NCBI GenBank assembly: GCA_045862955.1
Contig: BTVI01000030.1
Coordinates: 1-41,568 of the forward strand
Source of the DNA: Fimbriimonadales bacterium
Lineage (GTDB): Bacteria > Armatimonadota > Fimbriimonadia > Fimbriimonadales > JABRVX01
DNA length: 41,568 nucleotides
Reading direction: 5' to 3'
Of the stretch, positions 6,973 to 15,937 are shown one piece after another. The translations under genes were made by a program, and so were the position numbers. The first letter of the stretch is position 1, and every line of letters starts with the position of its first letter. The notes under the pieces are model-generated. The model saw nothing but the letters and a program-made list of their open reading frames with translations. It was not told where the DNA came from and ran no database searches.

Positions 6973-9900
6973 CTATTCCTGTCGGAAGAACAGGTCCGCC
7001 GCCTGCTCGATCAGCAAGCAACCAACCGGCTCTTCGTCACTCTCGATCAGGTACTGGTGCCAGAAGCGCACGTCGCGCTTGCCGTCCTGGCCGATGAACG
7101 TGTAGAAGTCCACGCTCGCCAGGCCGACGATTGTCTCGAACGCTGTTAGCGCTTCGGTCGGGTCTGGAATGTTGAGCGCATCACGGAGCGAGTCGGCGAC
7201 GATGGGCGGGATCTTCGGCTTCTGAGTCCGCCCCAGCGCCACGGTCGAGAAGTACTCGATGTTGCGCAGGATGATCTCGGTGCCCATCGCACGGCCTTTA
7301 TTGAACGGGCTCTCGAGCACCCATCGCCACACGACCGTTTGCGGCTCACCGATGCGGCCGGTATTCGGGTCGCGTACCACGTACACCACGCCCAGCTCGT
7401 AAGTGGTGCAGGGCGGCGAGAACAGCAGGCTGCGATTGCCCATGTACCAGCCGTCGTCCGACTTCGGCAGACGGAGCGCCAGTCGCAGCACCGACTCATC
7501 CAAGTCAGCGTTGGTTGCGGGGCCGCGATTCCGCCTCTCGGGGTGCATCCAGTCCGGGTCGAACGTGTTTACACCGGACCCAGGGCCGATGACGAATGCC
7601 GCGCACTTCCAGAACGGCGTGCACTTCCAGTAGGTGGCCTGCTGGACGATTAAGTTGTCGTCAATCGTCACGTTGTTGTGCAGCAGGATGTCGCGGATGG
7701 TGAACCCGTCCAGGTTGATGTAGCCGGGTCGGAACGTGTCCTTCAGGGTGTTGTCCCACGGATCCACGCTCTTGAAGTTGCTCCGGATCACGTTCTTCAG
7801 CTCATCGCCCCAACAACCTTCACACGGCCCATGACACGGTCCGACGATGAAGGTCGTCTCACACACTCCAACGTTGCCACACTCATCCCTGGTCTGCACC
7901 CGCAAGCGGTGCACCCCGTTAGCGAGGAAGGGCAGTTCGATCTCGGGTGCGCACTCCCCATCGCCGAAGTCAGCAGGCAAGCCGGGCCAATCGAGTGGCT
8001 CGCCATCCAGGGTGATTTCGAGGACTGTTATCCGCGAGCACTCATCGTGGACGCAGAACTGCGCCATGACGGGGTTCTGCAGGCAAGAGCCACTCGGCTC
8101 AGTCCACTCACAGCGAGGAGGCCGCTTGTCCACATTGAACGTCCAAGTCGTCTCGCCAGGGTTGTTGCACCCGTCCCACACCTTCACGACCACCGTGTGC
8201 GGGCCGTCGGAAAGGTCGGAGGGACCAGGACACTCGATGGTGGTCCACACACCGTCCCCAGCAAACACGACCGAGCCTTCGCAGCGCTTCACACCGTCCA
8301 ACCAGAACTCGTACCGACCGGTACCAGCGCAGTCGTCGGAGGTCTTCACCGACAGCAAACCAACCGGACTGCACACACAGTCGCCAGTGGGCACGGGGTC
8401 GCTGAACTGCGGCGGCGTCTTGTCCACGTCGAAGGTCCAACTCGTCTCGCCAGGGTTGTTGCACCCGTCCCACACCTTCACGACCACCGTGTGCGGGCCG
8501 TCGGAAAGGTCGAAGGGACCAGGACACTCGATGGTGGTCCACACACCGTCCCCAGCAAACACGACCGAGCCCTCGCAGCGCTTCACACCGTCCAACCAGA
8601 ACTCGTACCGACCGGTACCAGCGCAGTCGTCGGAGGTCTTCACCGACAGCAGACCAACCGGACTGCACACACAGTCGCCAGTGGGCACGGGGTCGCTGAA
8701 CTGCGGCGGCGTCTTGTCCACGTCGAAGGTCCAGCTGTAAGAACGTGCGTTACCACACTTGTCGGTCACTACTACTTCGACGAGGTGCGTACCGCCTGCT
8801 AGATCCAGCGGGCCTGGACAAGTGATCGATTTCCAGACGTCTGGAACCAATTGCTCCGTGCCTCTGCACCTTTCGACCCCATCCAGCGTCAGAACCCAGG
8901 CTGCCTCAGGGCAATTATCCTTGAGGTCGAAGCGAAGGCTATCGATCGGGCTGCAAATGCAATCACCTTGAGGATAGCCGTTGCGAACGTCCGGGGGGGT
9001 CACGTCTGGGTCATAGACGCATCCGCTCAAGCCAGTCAGTCCGTCCGCGTCCGTGACCTCGATGCACACCGTAGTGGGGCCGGGGAAGTTGAAGGCGTAT
9101 GGAGGCTGGGGGTTGAACCGCGTTCGCAGGGCGGGATCATCGGTGCAGATGCGCGTGCCTTTGGTCAGCAAAAAGTGATCGAAAGTCCCTTGGGCAACGA
9201 TCGTCTCTCCAGGGTCCCGCTTCTTGTTACCGTCGCTGTCGATCCATACGACGAAGCTCAGGAATCTCTTTGCAGGATCGGGATCGTCGTCATAGGCATC
9301 CCGGTCACTAAAGCAGAAGTTGACGTCGAGCGGATTACAGCTACAGTAGGGAGACGGCTTGCACTCCACTTCGGGAGGCTCCTGAACATCGTGGGGCACT
9401 GGCGGGCCCTGTGTGCAGTTCGGGCCACTGTAGCACGTATACGTGGATTGCTCGACGAACCCCGCGCCATCGCATGCCAGTATATGAACATAGTACCTGC
9501 CAGGACTGGCGGGCCAATGTTCCGGGGGCCAGTGGAGCCCAGCGTCGTTGAACTCCTGATTGTACTCACTAGGGAACGGGCAGGGGAACACGACCTCGCG
9601 CCGCCACAGCTCAGGTCCGTTCGGATCTCCAATCGTCACCCACAGAGTGATCTTCGAGACCCCGGAACCCGGGAACACCGGGTCGCTTAAGTCGTCCTTG
9701 GCCTTGATCCTGAACCGAGGTGGAGGATCCGACGGCGTGGACAGGGGCCTGTTCACGTCAAACTCGAGATTGGGGGCCTTCCTGTCCAGCACGAACTTGC
9801 GGTAAGTAACCAGCTTGATATCGGCCTCTGCCGGGGGACACAGCGTTGGCGGCGGTGGGTCAGGGTTCAAATTCTGATACAGGATGACCGCCGCCGTCCA

Positions 9901-10365
9901 GTGTCCATCCAGCAGGCCGGGCCTGAGGGCAAAGTCCACACACTTAATCGCCGTTCCAGAGCCTCCGAACTCGAAGTAGTCACCGGACAGCACGAGCTTC
10001 TGATTGTCTGAAATGTTGCAGACCTTGCTCCTGTCATAGAGATCGACCGGATAGCTCAAGCCCGCCCGGTCATCGATGAGCACATAGTAAAGGCCGTGGT
10101 TCGACTCACATCCGTACGCTATGTCTAACTCGAACTTGCCGCTCAGCCTTGGCGGCACGAAGTCCTGGCACAACAGGTCGGGGCCACCGGGACGAACGAA
10201 GGAGATCGGGCCCAGAGAGTTCGGATCCAGTGGGCCGCGAGCTGCTCCTGGATTGGCGATCGCGGAGCCGCCCTCCTGACGTTGCGGCGGCACTTGAGCC
10301 TCCCCAGCGCCTGCTGCACCCAGAAAGAAGAGAAGTCCCGCCGCACATCGCGTAAGCACTCCCAT
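6973..10365 (-). CDS. Secreted Cys-rich Ig-like repeat protein with conserved C-terminal domain of unknown function
   Basis: ORF of 1132 aa from 10371; RBS GGAGG spacing favours ATG 10365. Signal peptide ending AGEA-Q. Ig-like units (DKTPP...LSDGPHTVVVKVWDGCNN). C-terminal ~277 aa clearly homologous to the C-terminus of 13492-15603. Confidence 0.9.
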   Translation of the reverse strand: MGVLTRCAAGLLFFLGAAGAGEAQVPPQRQEGGSAIANPGAARGPLDPNSLGPISFVRPGGPDLLCQDFVPPRLSGKFELDIAYGCESNHGLYYVLIDDRAGLSYPVDLYDRSKVCNISDNQKLVLSGDYFEFGGSGTAIKCVDFALRPGLLDGHWTAAVILYQNLNPDPPPPTLCPPAEADIKLVTYRKFVLDRKAPNLEFDVNRPLSTPSDPPPRFRIKAKDDLSDPVFPGSGVSKITLWVTIGDPNGPELWRREVVFPCPFPSEYNQEFNDAGLHWPPEHWPASPGRYYVHILACDGAGFVEQSTYTCYSGPNCTQGPPVPHDVQEPPEVECKPSPYCSCNPLDVNFCFSDRDAYDDDPDPAKRFLSFVVWIDSDGNKKRDPGETIVAQGTFDHFLLTKGTRICTDDPALRTRFNPQPPYAFNFPGPTTVCIEVTDADGLTGLSGCVYDPDVTPPDVRNGYPQGDCICSPIDSLRFDLKDNCPEAAWVLTLDGVERCRGTEQLVPDVWKSITCPGPLDLAGGTHLVEVVVTDKCGNARSYSWTFDVDKTPPQFSDPVPTGDCVCSPVGLLSVKTSDDCAGTGRYEFWLDGVKRCEGSVVFAGDGVWTTIECPGPFDLSDGPHTVVVKVWDGCNNPGETSWTFDVDKTPPQFSDPVPTGDCVCSPVGLLSVKTSDDCAGTGRYEFWLDGVKRCEGSVVFAGDGVWTTIECPGPSDLSDGPHTVVVKVWDGCNNPGETTWTFNVDKRPPRCEWTEPSGSCLQNPVMAQFCVHDECSRITVLEITLDGEPLDWPGLPADFGDGECAPEIELPFLANGVHRLRVQTRDECGNVGVCETTFIVGPCHGPCEGCWGDELKNVIRSNFKSVDPWDNTLKDTFRPGYINLDGFTIRDILLHNNVTIDDNLIVQQATYWKCTPFWKCAAFVIGPGSGVNTFDPDWMHPERRNRGPATNADLDESVLRLALRLPKSDDGWYMGNRSLLFSPPCTTYELGVVYVVRDPNTGRIGEPQTVVWRWVLESPFNKGRAMGTEIILRNIEYFSTVALGRTQKPKIPPIVADSLRDALNIPDPTEALTAFETIVGLASVDFYTFIGQDGKRDVRFWHQYLIESDEEPVGCLLIEQAADLFFRQE
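8141..8728 (-). repeat. Near-identical 294-bp (98-aa) tandem duplication of one Ig-like unit
   Basis: 8141-8434 versus 8435-8728 differ at only a few positions; the protein units differ mainly by GPFDL/GPSDL and ETSW/ETTW. Confidence 0.9.
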
Positions 10366-10472
10366 TATCATACACCTCCCTTTCCGACACCCGACTCCCC
10401 AAGAAGACCATTCTTACGAGAACTGGAGCTAGGCGTTTTGCTGGCCCGAAAAATCACTGGCTCCGTGCGTGC

Positions 10473-10501
10473 AGTATATCACGAGTCCTAGGAATTGGCA
10501 A
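10473..10501 (-). promoter_or_regulatory. Sigma70-type promoter for the Ig-repeat gene at 10365
   Basis: Minus strand TTGCCA (10501-10496), 17-bp spacer ending in TGa, TATACT (10478-10473). Confidence 0.75.
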
Positions 10502-10763
10502 GCATCCTCCCGCCATTTTCATAATGCAGCCCACCCCAACATGATCGTACGCAGATATCAGGGCAGGCTACGTGACATATCCACAGCGGACGACCAGATC
10601 GCGGAGCAGCATCCTCCCGAGCTTGACGTCAGACCATTCCGGGGCGAAGGCTCAGTGCTACACGCGTGTTCTCACGAGTCTTCTTTCGCGACCCAGAACC
10701 GCTCGGATCGGGGCAACACGACCTCAGTGACGGGTCTTTGCATGTGGGGTCGGGCGACGCTGG

Positions 10764-12713
10764 TCAGTCGCCGCGCCGATCGAAGTTTAGCAGGACTACA
10801 GTCAGATCCGTGACGGTGATAACTCCATCGCCGTCTATATCGTAAATGGTCGGCTTTTCCCACGGCGTGAACATCAGCAGATTGAGGTCAGCCACCCCGA
10901 CTTGGTTATCACCAGTTAGGTCTCCACCCACGAGCACCGGGACATCATGCTCGGTCGAACCCACACCAGGGGAATTGTACTTCGGGAATGGGAACTGCAG
11001 GGACCTGCCCGACGATGGGTCAGACGGATCTATGAGACCTTCGAGCGCCTTCCAGAGGTAGTTCCGCACCTTCACTTTGACTGAGTACCTGGCTCCTTTC
11101 TCCCAACCCCATCCGCCAGGCAACACGTAAAAGCCGTCTGCAGACTGCGGCACCTCGGCATCGAGAAGAAGACGATTCGTCTCGTCCCAAACCCGGACCT
11201 GCAGTAGTACAGCCGACTGGTCGGGGCGTCCGTCGGTCACGCATCTCCACGCCTCCAGCTGCACGCGCTGCTGCACCCCTTGATACTCCAACGCGCCTCC
11301 GTCCGGCATGGGGTCTACATCATACCGACGTCCCGCCACAGGTCGAGGCTTGAGGGCATCGGGGTCGCTCATCAGATCGGCCGCCTCTGCATAGTCGTCA
11401 TTTAGTCCAAGAGGTGCACCGTCAATGATCCTGCTTCCCTCCGTAAGATGAAATGAGAGCGGATGGTGAGTGTAGTGTCGGTTCAGGAACTTAGGGTCTC
11501 GTTCCCCCACTCCACCGCAGAGCGTCTGGACATCGTACGGATCGTCGAACAAGGGGCCGGAGTTGGCCCACACATACACGGTGACAAGCTGAAAGCCCGC
11601 GCTAGCCTCTCTGCCGAACGGAGCACGCGGCCCGCAGTTATAGGCGACGATGGAACTTCTCAGTAGTACCGTCGCCCTGTCGGCCGAGCCGACCGCGGAG
11701 TTCCCAAGACTTGCGATGTTGTCGGCGATCGTGCAGTGCCACGCTGTGACATAGGTGTACTGCCCCGTGACCAAGACTGCGCAGCCGTCTCCACGGTTTC
11801 CTGAGATGATGCAGTTGAATACCGTAGGCTTGCTTCCGGCCGCAGCCACTAAGGCGGACCCGACTGGAGCCTCATTTCCTGTGAACAGACTCCTGCTGAC
11901 TGCGAGACCACTACACGTGTTGAGGAATGCGCCGCCGCCCGCAGCCGTTGTATCGCCAGATGCACGGTTCGAGATCATTTGCACACTCTCGAGTAACCCG
12001 ACCACACCGGAAAGATAGAGTCCACCACCCTTCGTAGCAGCACACTGTGTAACCAGGACGTTCTTTGCTACCAAAGTGCCGCTGGACATGTACAGCCCGC
12101 CGCCCACCGAGTTTGAAGCGCAACGGCGGATCGTCGAGTCCTGCAGGTCTACTGTGGACGAGATGGCGCACATCCCTCCACCGGAGACGTAGCCACGAGG
12201 CTCGCAGTCCTCAATGGTAACTTGTCGCATCACCAGTGATGTGCAGTTCGATACATTCACTCCAGCCCCGAGACCACTGCCCCCACCGTTCCGAATGACA
12301 AGACGATCTAGACGAGTGCTCTCACAATCTGAAACCCGAAGGCACCTCGCCAGCTTCTGTCCGTCAATCACCGTTTCCCTGCCGGTGCGGTTGTCATTCC
12401 CCTCGGGGTCGAAGTGGGAAGTGTCTTCGGTGCCAGAGAAGCCACCGTAGAGCTCCAGATCGTGCTTGGCGTTGATCGTCAGCCACTCTTGATAGACCCC
12501 TTCCCTGATGAAGATGCGGGTAGGGGACGTGGGATTGGACGGAGCGGCGGAGATGGCGGCGCCGATGGTGCGCTTGGCCAAGGCCCAACTGGAGCCGTTG
12601 TTGGCGTCGTTGCCGTCCGTGGAGACGTGGATGACCACCCCGGCAACGGCTGCGAGGTGCGAAAGCGTGAGGGCGAGAATGCCAACCAGGAAGCGGATGC
12701 AGAATCGGTTCAC
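10764..12713 (-). CDS. Secreted right-handed beta-helix protein with C-terminal dockerin-like domain (paralog of 4126-5949 and 15938-17773)
   Basis: GTG at 12713 after GGGGTG. Signal peptide, IHVSTDGNDANNGSSWALAKRTI, GGG beta-helix turns, LTEGSRIIDG..PDGGALE, GDLTGDNQVG / DIDGDGVIT; ends FDRRGD. Confidence 0.85.
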   Translation of the reverse strand: MNRFCIRFLVGILALTLSHLAAVAGVVIHVSTDGNDANNGSSWALAKRTIGAAISAAPSNPTSPTRIFIREGVYQEWLTINAKHDLELYGGFSGTEDTSHFDPEGNDNRTGRETVIDGQKLARCLRVSDCESTRLDRLVIRNGGGSGLGAGVNVSNCTSLVMRQVTIEDCEPRGYVSGGGMCAISSTVDLQDSTIRRCASNSVGGGLYMSSGTLVAKNVLVTQCAATKGGGLYLSGVVGLLESVQMISNRASGDTTAAGGGAFLNTCSGLAVSRSLFTGNEAPVGSALVAAAGSKPTVFNCIISGNRGDGCAVLVTGQYTYVTAWHCTIADNIASLGNSAVGSADRATVLLRSSIVAYNCGPRAPFGREASAGFQLVTVYVWANSGPLFDDPYDVQTLCGGVGERDPKFLNRHYTHHPLSFHLTEGSRIIDGAPLGLNDDYAEAADLMSDPDALKPRPVAGRRYDVDPMPDGGALEYQGVQQRVQLEAWRCVTDGRPDQSAVLLQVRVWDETNRLLLDAEVPQSADGFYVLPGGWGWEKGARYSVKVKVRNYLWKALEGLIDPSDPSSGRSLQFPFPKYNSPGVGSTEHDVPVLVGGDLTGDNQVGVADLNLLMFTPWEKPTIYDIDGDGVITVTDLTVVLLNFDRRGD

Positions 12714-13318
12714 CTGTTCACCCCGGAAAGGGCCGCCGGGCACACTTGCCCGAATATGCAGCCGTCATCTGGGGGTTGGGTTCCGCCTCTTCGTAGCCGG
12801 CCTAACCCGTGGGAGTGCGGGAACAGGCAAGCATTCTTCAGCGTGGTTACAGGAAAACTAGTAGTGCTACGAGGTAGCCACGAAAGGCCGTTTGGCATGT
12901 GAGGCGGGATGAGACCAGCTCGTGGGGTAGTGCCAGCCCGGAGGTCGGAGGCTGCTCCGCAAAACCCCGACCCCAGATCTCCCATTCCGCTTCGCGAGGA
13001 AACGCTTTGCGCTTCGCTCCAAACGAAGGGGACTAGGGCAACGCACCACGAGGGCGCCGAGCATCTCACCAGAGGGAGCAGAGGATACGCCTTGCAGGGA
13101 TTAGGCAATGCAGGTGCAGTGCGTGGCGGCACCAGGGGATCAAGCTTGGGAAGGGCGCGGTCACCCAGCAGCACACAGTCGGCACGTCGGGCTACCGAAT
13201 CGAGGGGAAGCACGGTCCTTTCCTTCACAGTCGACACGAATTGAGCTAACCTGCACCGTATGCCCATCCGGGTTACATAACAATGCCGCTGGGCGGCAGG
13301 GCCCGCGGTTCGACGATT

Positions 13319-13348
13319 ATTATACCCGGAGTCTTGCCAGCATGTGAA
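13319..13348 (-). promoter_or_regulatory. Possible sigma70 promoter ~600 bp upstream of the 12713 gene
   Basis: TTCACA (13348-13343), 18-bp spacer, TATAAT (13324-13319). Confidence 0.45.
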
Positions 13349-13423
13349 GCGGCCATGCGGCAGCACCGTAAGTTTACCGGGTGACCAAGGAAATCGTGGT
13401 ACTTCCTGTTACAATTACGTCAT

Positions 13424-13467
13424 AACATAAACAGAACCGCCCGCCGGTCGATGGCCCGGCGGGCGGT
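13424..13467 (-). terminator. Intrinsic terminator after the 13492-15603 gene
   Basis: 12-bp stem accgcccgccgg/ccggcgggcggt; minus-strand tail TCTGTTTATGTT. Confidence 0.75.
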
Positions 13468-13491
13468 GTCCATTCGTGCAGTCCGACTAGA

Positions 13492-15603
13492 CTACGGGTG
13501 CCACAGCAGCGAGTTGGCCTGCTCGATGAGCAGACAGCCTATCGGCTCCTCGTCACTGTCGATGAGGTAATCGAAGAAGAACCGAACGTCGCGCTTGCCG
13601 TCCTGACCGATGAAGGTCCGGAAGTCAATTGCATACATTCCGATCACTTGCTCGAACGCGATCAGAGCGTCCAGGTCGTTCGGAATGTCCAGGGCGTCGT
13701 TGAGCGCCTTGGCAACGTGCGGCGGGATCTTCGGCTTTTGGGTGCGCCCCGCAGCCACGGTCGAGAAGTACTCGATGTTAGCGCGGATAACGTCCTTGTC
13801 GGGCATCTCGACGCACCAGCACAGCACCTTGGTGATAGGCGGGCCGGTTCGGCCGGTATTCGGGTCGCGGATGACGTAGGTCACCGACAGCTCGTAGCAG
13901 GTTCCCGGAGGCGAGAACAGCAACGAGCGGTTGCCGAGGTACTTGCCGTACGCGGTGTACACGACCGAATCGTCGATGTTCGCGCTCGTTGCGAAGGCCA
14001 GCGTATACCAGTTGGTGTTCAGGTCCGAACCCGGGCCGTACACGAAGGCACCGCACTTGTAGAGCGGCGTTACCTTGCGCACATCCACCGCCTGGATGAT
14101 CAGGTTGTCATCGAACGTCACACCGTGGCAGTTGAGAATGTCCCGGATCGTGAAGCCGTCGAGATTGATGACTTCCGGTCGGAACGTCCGCTTGACCCCG
14201 TTGTCGAACGGGTCGGTGGTAGTCAGATTGCCGCGCCAAATCAGGTTCGGCAGAATGACACAGTCGCAGTCACCGGGCGGATTCTCTTCCTGCTGCAGCC
14301 TGAACCGAGTCTGGGTTTGGTTGCCGCAGGCGTCGGTAGCCGTGATCAGGAAGTCGTGGCAAGCGAAGTCACCGGGCGTCCACTGCACCGAGCCGCTGGT
14401 ACCCGAGCCATTGTTCGGGTTGAGGCCAGTCGTACCACCGTCCACGGTGATGGTCCAGTTGCTCGCCTCACTAATGGTGAAGGAGATGGCGACCGTCGGA
14501 CCCGTGACTAGCTTGCACTGGCCCGGGTCGGTGATGACCGGAGTGACCACCGTGATCACCGGATCGGTGTTGTCGGTTGAGAAGGTCGACTGGCTAAAAC
14601 CGACGTTGCCGCACTCGTCACGAACCTCCACGCGCAGCGTATGGTTGCCATCCGCCAGCGTGGTGGTGTCGAAGGCGAGCGATGTCTGAGTGGGCAGCAG
14701 AGTGGCCTTCAACACGCCGTCCACGTACACCTTCGTGTCTACGAGCGCCGTAGTAGGCGGACTATTGTTGACGGTCCAGCTGAAGTTGACCGTACCCCGT
14801 AGACAAGTTCCCGGGCTCTGAACGTTGACGACCGGCGCGGTCGAGTCCACGGTGAACTCGAGCGTTCGCACGGTCACGTTCGGTCCGCTCTTGCACACGT
14901 CCGGGGGCAGGAAGCCCGCGGCATCTGCAACCTCGAACTGAATCGTGTAGATGCCGTCCGCGAGCAACGCCATGTTGATCGTCCGATTGACGTTGAGCGG
15001 GCTCGTGGTTGCCCCGTGCGATTCGTTGGCGATGCCGTTTCCGGTCAGACTCCAGGAACTGAAGTTGCTGGCATCTGTCGCGTTCGCGGTGAACTGAACG
15101 TTGGTGTCGTTCTTGTTGTAGCAACCCTTGTCCGGGTTCAGAGCCACGGAGGCTACAGGCGCCGTCTTGTCCAGCACGATCTGAATCACGTCAGTGAAGA
15201 TCGTGGCGTTCGTCTGCATGTCGTAAATGCGGGCGGTGCAAGTATAGGTCCCGTCAGGGAACGGACCACCCACTGCGAAGTCCGCACACGGTGGCCACAG
15301 CCCCGGGATACCACCGTCCGGGAACGTAGGCCCGCTGATGAACTTCGTCTCACCTGTACCGTTGCGAACACACCGGAGGTCCAGCGCGAGACCAGGTGAT
15401 ATGGCAGTGTGGCTAATGGAGAACTGCACCGAGCTGGTGACTTTCTGTCCATCTGCTGGCGAGTCGATACTCAGCTCGTTGAGGTCTCCCAGCTTACCGA
15501 CCTGTCCTACATTGCCAGGACCCCCAGGGCGAATGACCTGGGAATGCACCGCAATCGAGGACAGGAGCAGCAAGCTGCAACACAGGAGTCGTATTGGCTG
15601 CAT
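13492..15603 (-). CDS. Secreted Cys-containing Ig-like repeat protein (about four Ig-like domains) with conserved C-terminal domain of unknown function
   Basis: 703-aa ORF with purine-rich RBS and signal peptide MQPIRLLCCSLLLLSSIAVHS-Q. Ig motifs such as LADGNHTLRVEVRDECGN. Domains 1-2 align with the 3770 protein (GPTxPDG..GxWPPC; KxCYN; DxAGF.P...C.S..N). Confidence 0.9.
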   Translation of the reverse strand: MQPIRLLCCSLLLLSSIAVHSQVIRPGGPGNVGQVGKLGDLNELSIDSPADGQKVTSSVQFSISHTAISPGLALDLRCVRNGTGETKFISGPTFPDGGIPGLWPPCADFAVGGPFPDGTYTCTARIYDMQTNATIFTDVIQIVLDKTAPVASVALNPDKGCYNKNDTNVQFTANATDASNFSSWSLTGNGIANESHGATTSPLNVNRTINMALLADGIYTIQFEVADAAGFLPPDVCKSGPNVTVRTLEFTVDSTAPVVNVQSPGTCLRGTVNFSWTVNNSPPTTALVDTKVYVDGVLKATLLPTQTSLAFDTTTLADGNHTLRVEVRDECGNVGFSQSTFSTDNTDPVITVVTPVITDPGQCKLVTGPTVAISFTISEASNWTITVDGGTTGLNPNNGSGTSGSVQWTPGDFACHDFLITATDACGNQTQTRFRLQQEENPPGDCDCVILPNLIWRGNLTTTDPFDNGVKRTFRPEVINLDGFTIRDILNCHGVTFDDNLIIQAVDVRKVTPLYKCGAFVYGPGSDLNTNWYTLAFATSANIDDSVVYTAYGKYLGNRSLLFSPPGTCYELSVTYVIRDPNTGRTGPPITKVLCWCVEMPDKDVIRANIEYFSTVAAGRTQKPKIPPHVAKALNDALDIPNDLDALIAFEQVIGMYAIDFRTFIGQDGKRDVRFFFDYLIDSDEEPIGCLLIEQANSLLWHP

Positions 15604-15787
15604 TACCCTCTTCCTTCCGTTCTAGCAATAAGAGATAGCGAAACCGCCGCCGCGGAAGTCTGAACCCACGGCGCGCCCCTCTCTCCCCCCTCGAGCCGTA
15701 AGCCCGCGAGGTTATCGAAAAGCACAAAACCGTTTCACACGGCGCGCGACCGGCGCAAGTGATTCGCACCGAGCCCCGCTGCCCTAT

Positions 15788-15816
15788 ATTCTACATGCAG
15801 TTTTGCCGTACGTCAA
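15788..15816 (-). promoter_or_regulatory. Sigma70-type promoter for the Ig-repeat gene at 15603
   Basis: Minus strand TTGACG (15816-15811), 17-bp spacer, TAGAAT (15793-15788). Confidence 0.75.
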
Positions 15817-15937
15817 TGTTCCCGTGTAGAATCAGCACAGTCCGGTCTTCTTACCTGAGTGCAAAGACTTGCCAGCAAATACTCGTTACTCGCCAGTAAC
15901 TTTACGAGGAAGACAAACGAAGGCGCAGCAGGATACT

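Noticed and set aside
10764..10778. Terminal RGD integrin-binding motif in the middle beta-helix protein
   Set aside because: Incidental form of the shared F-x-x-x-G-D terminus; the paralogs end VGD and LGD.
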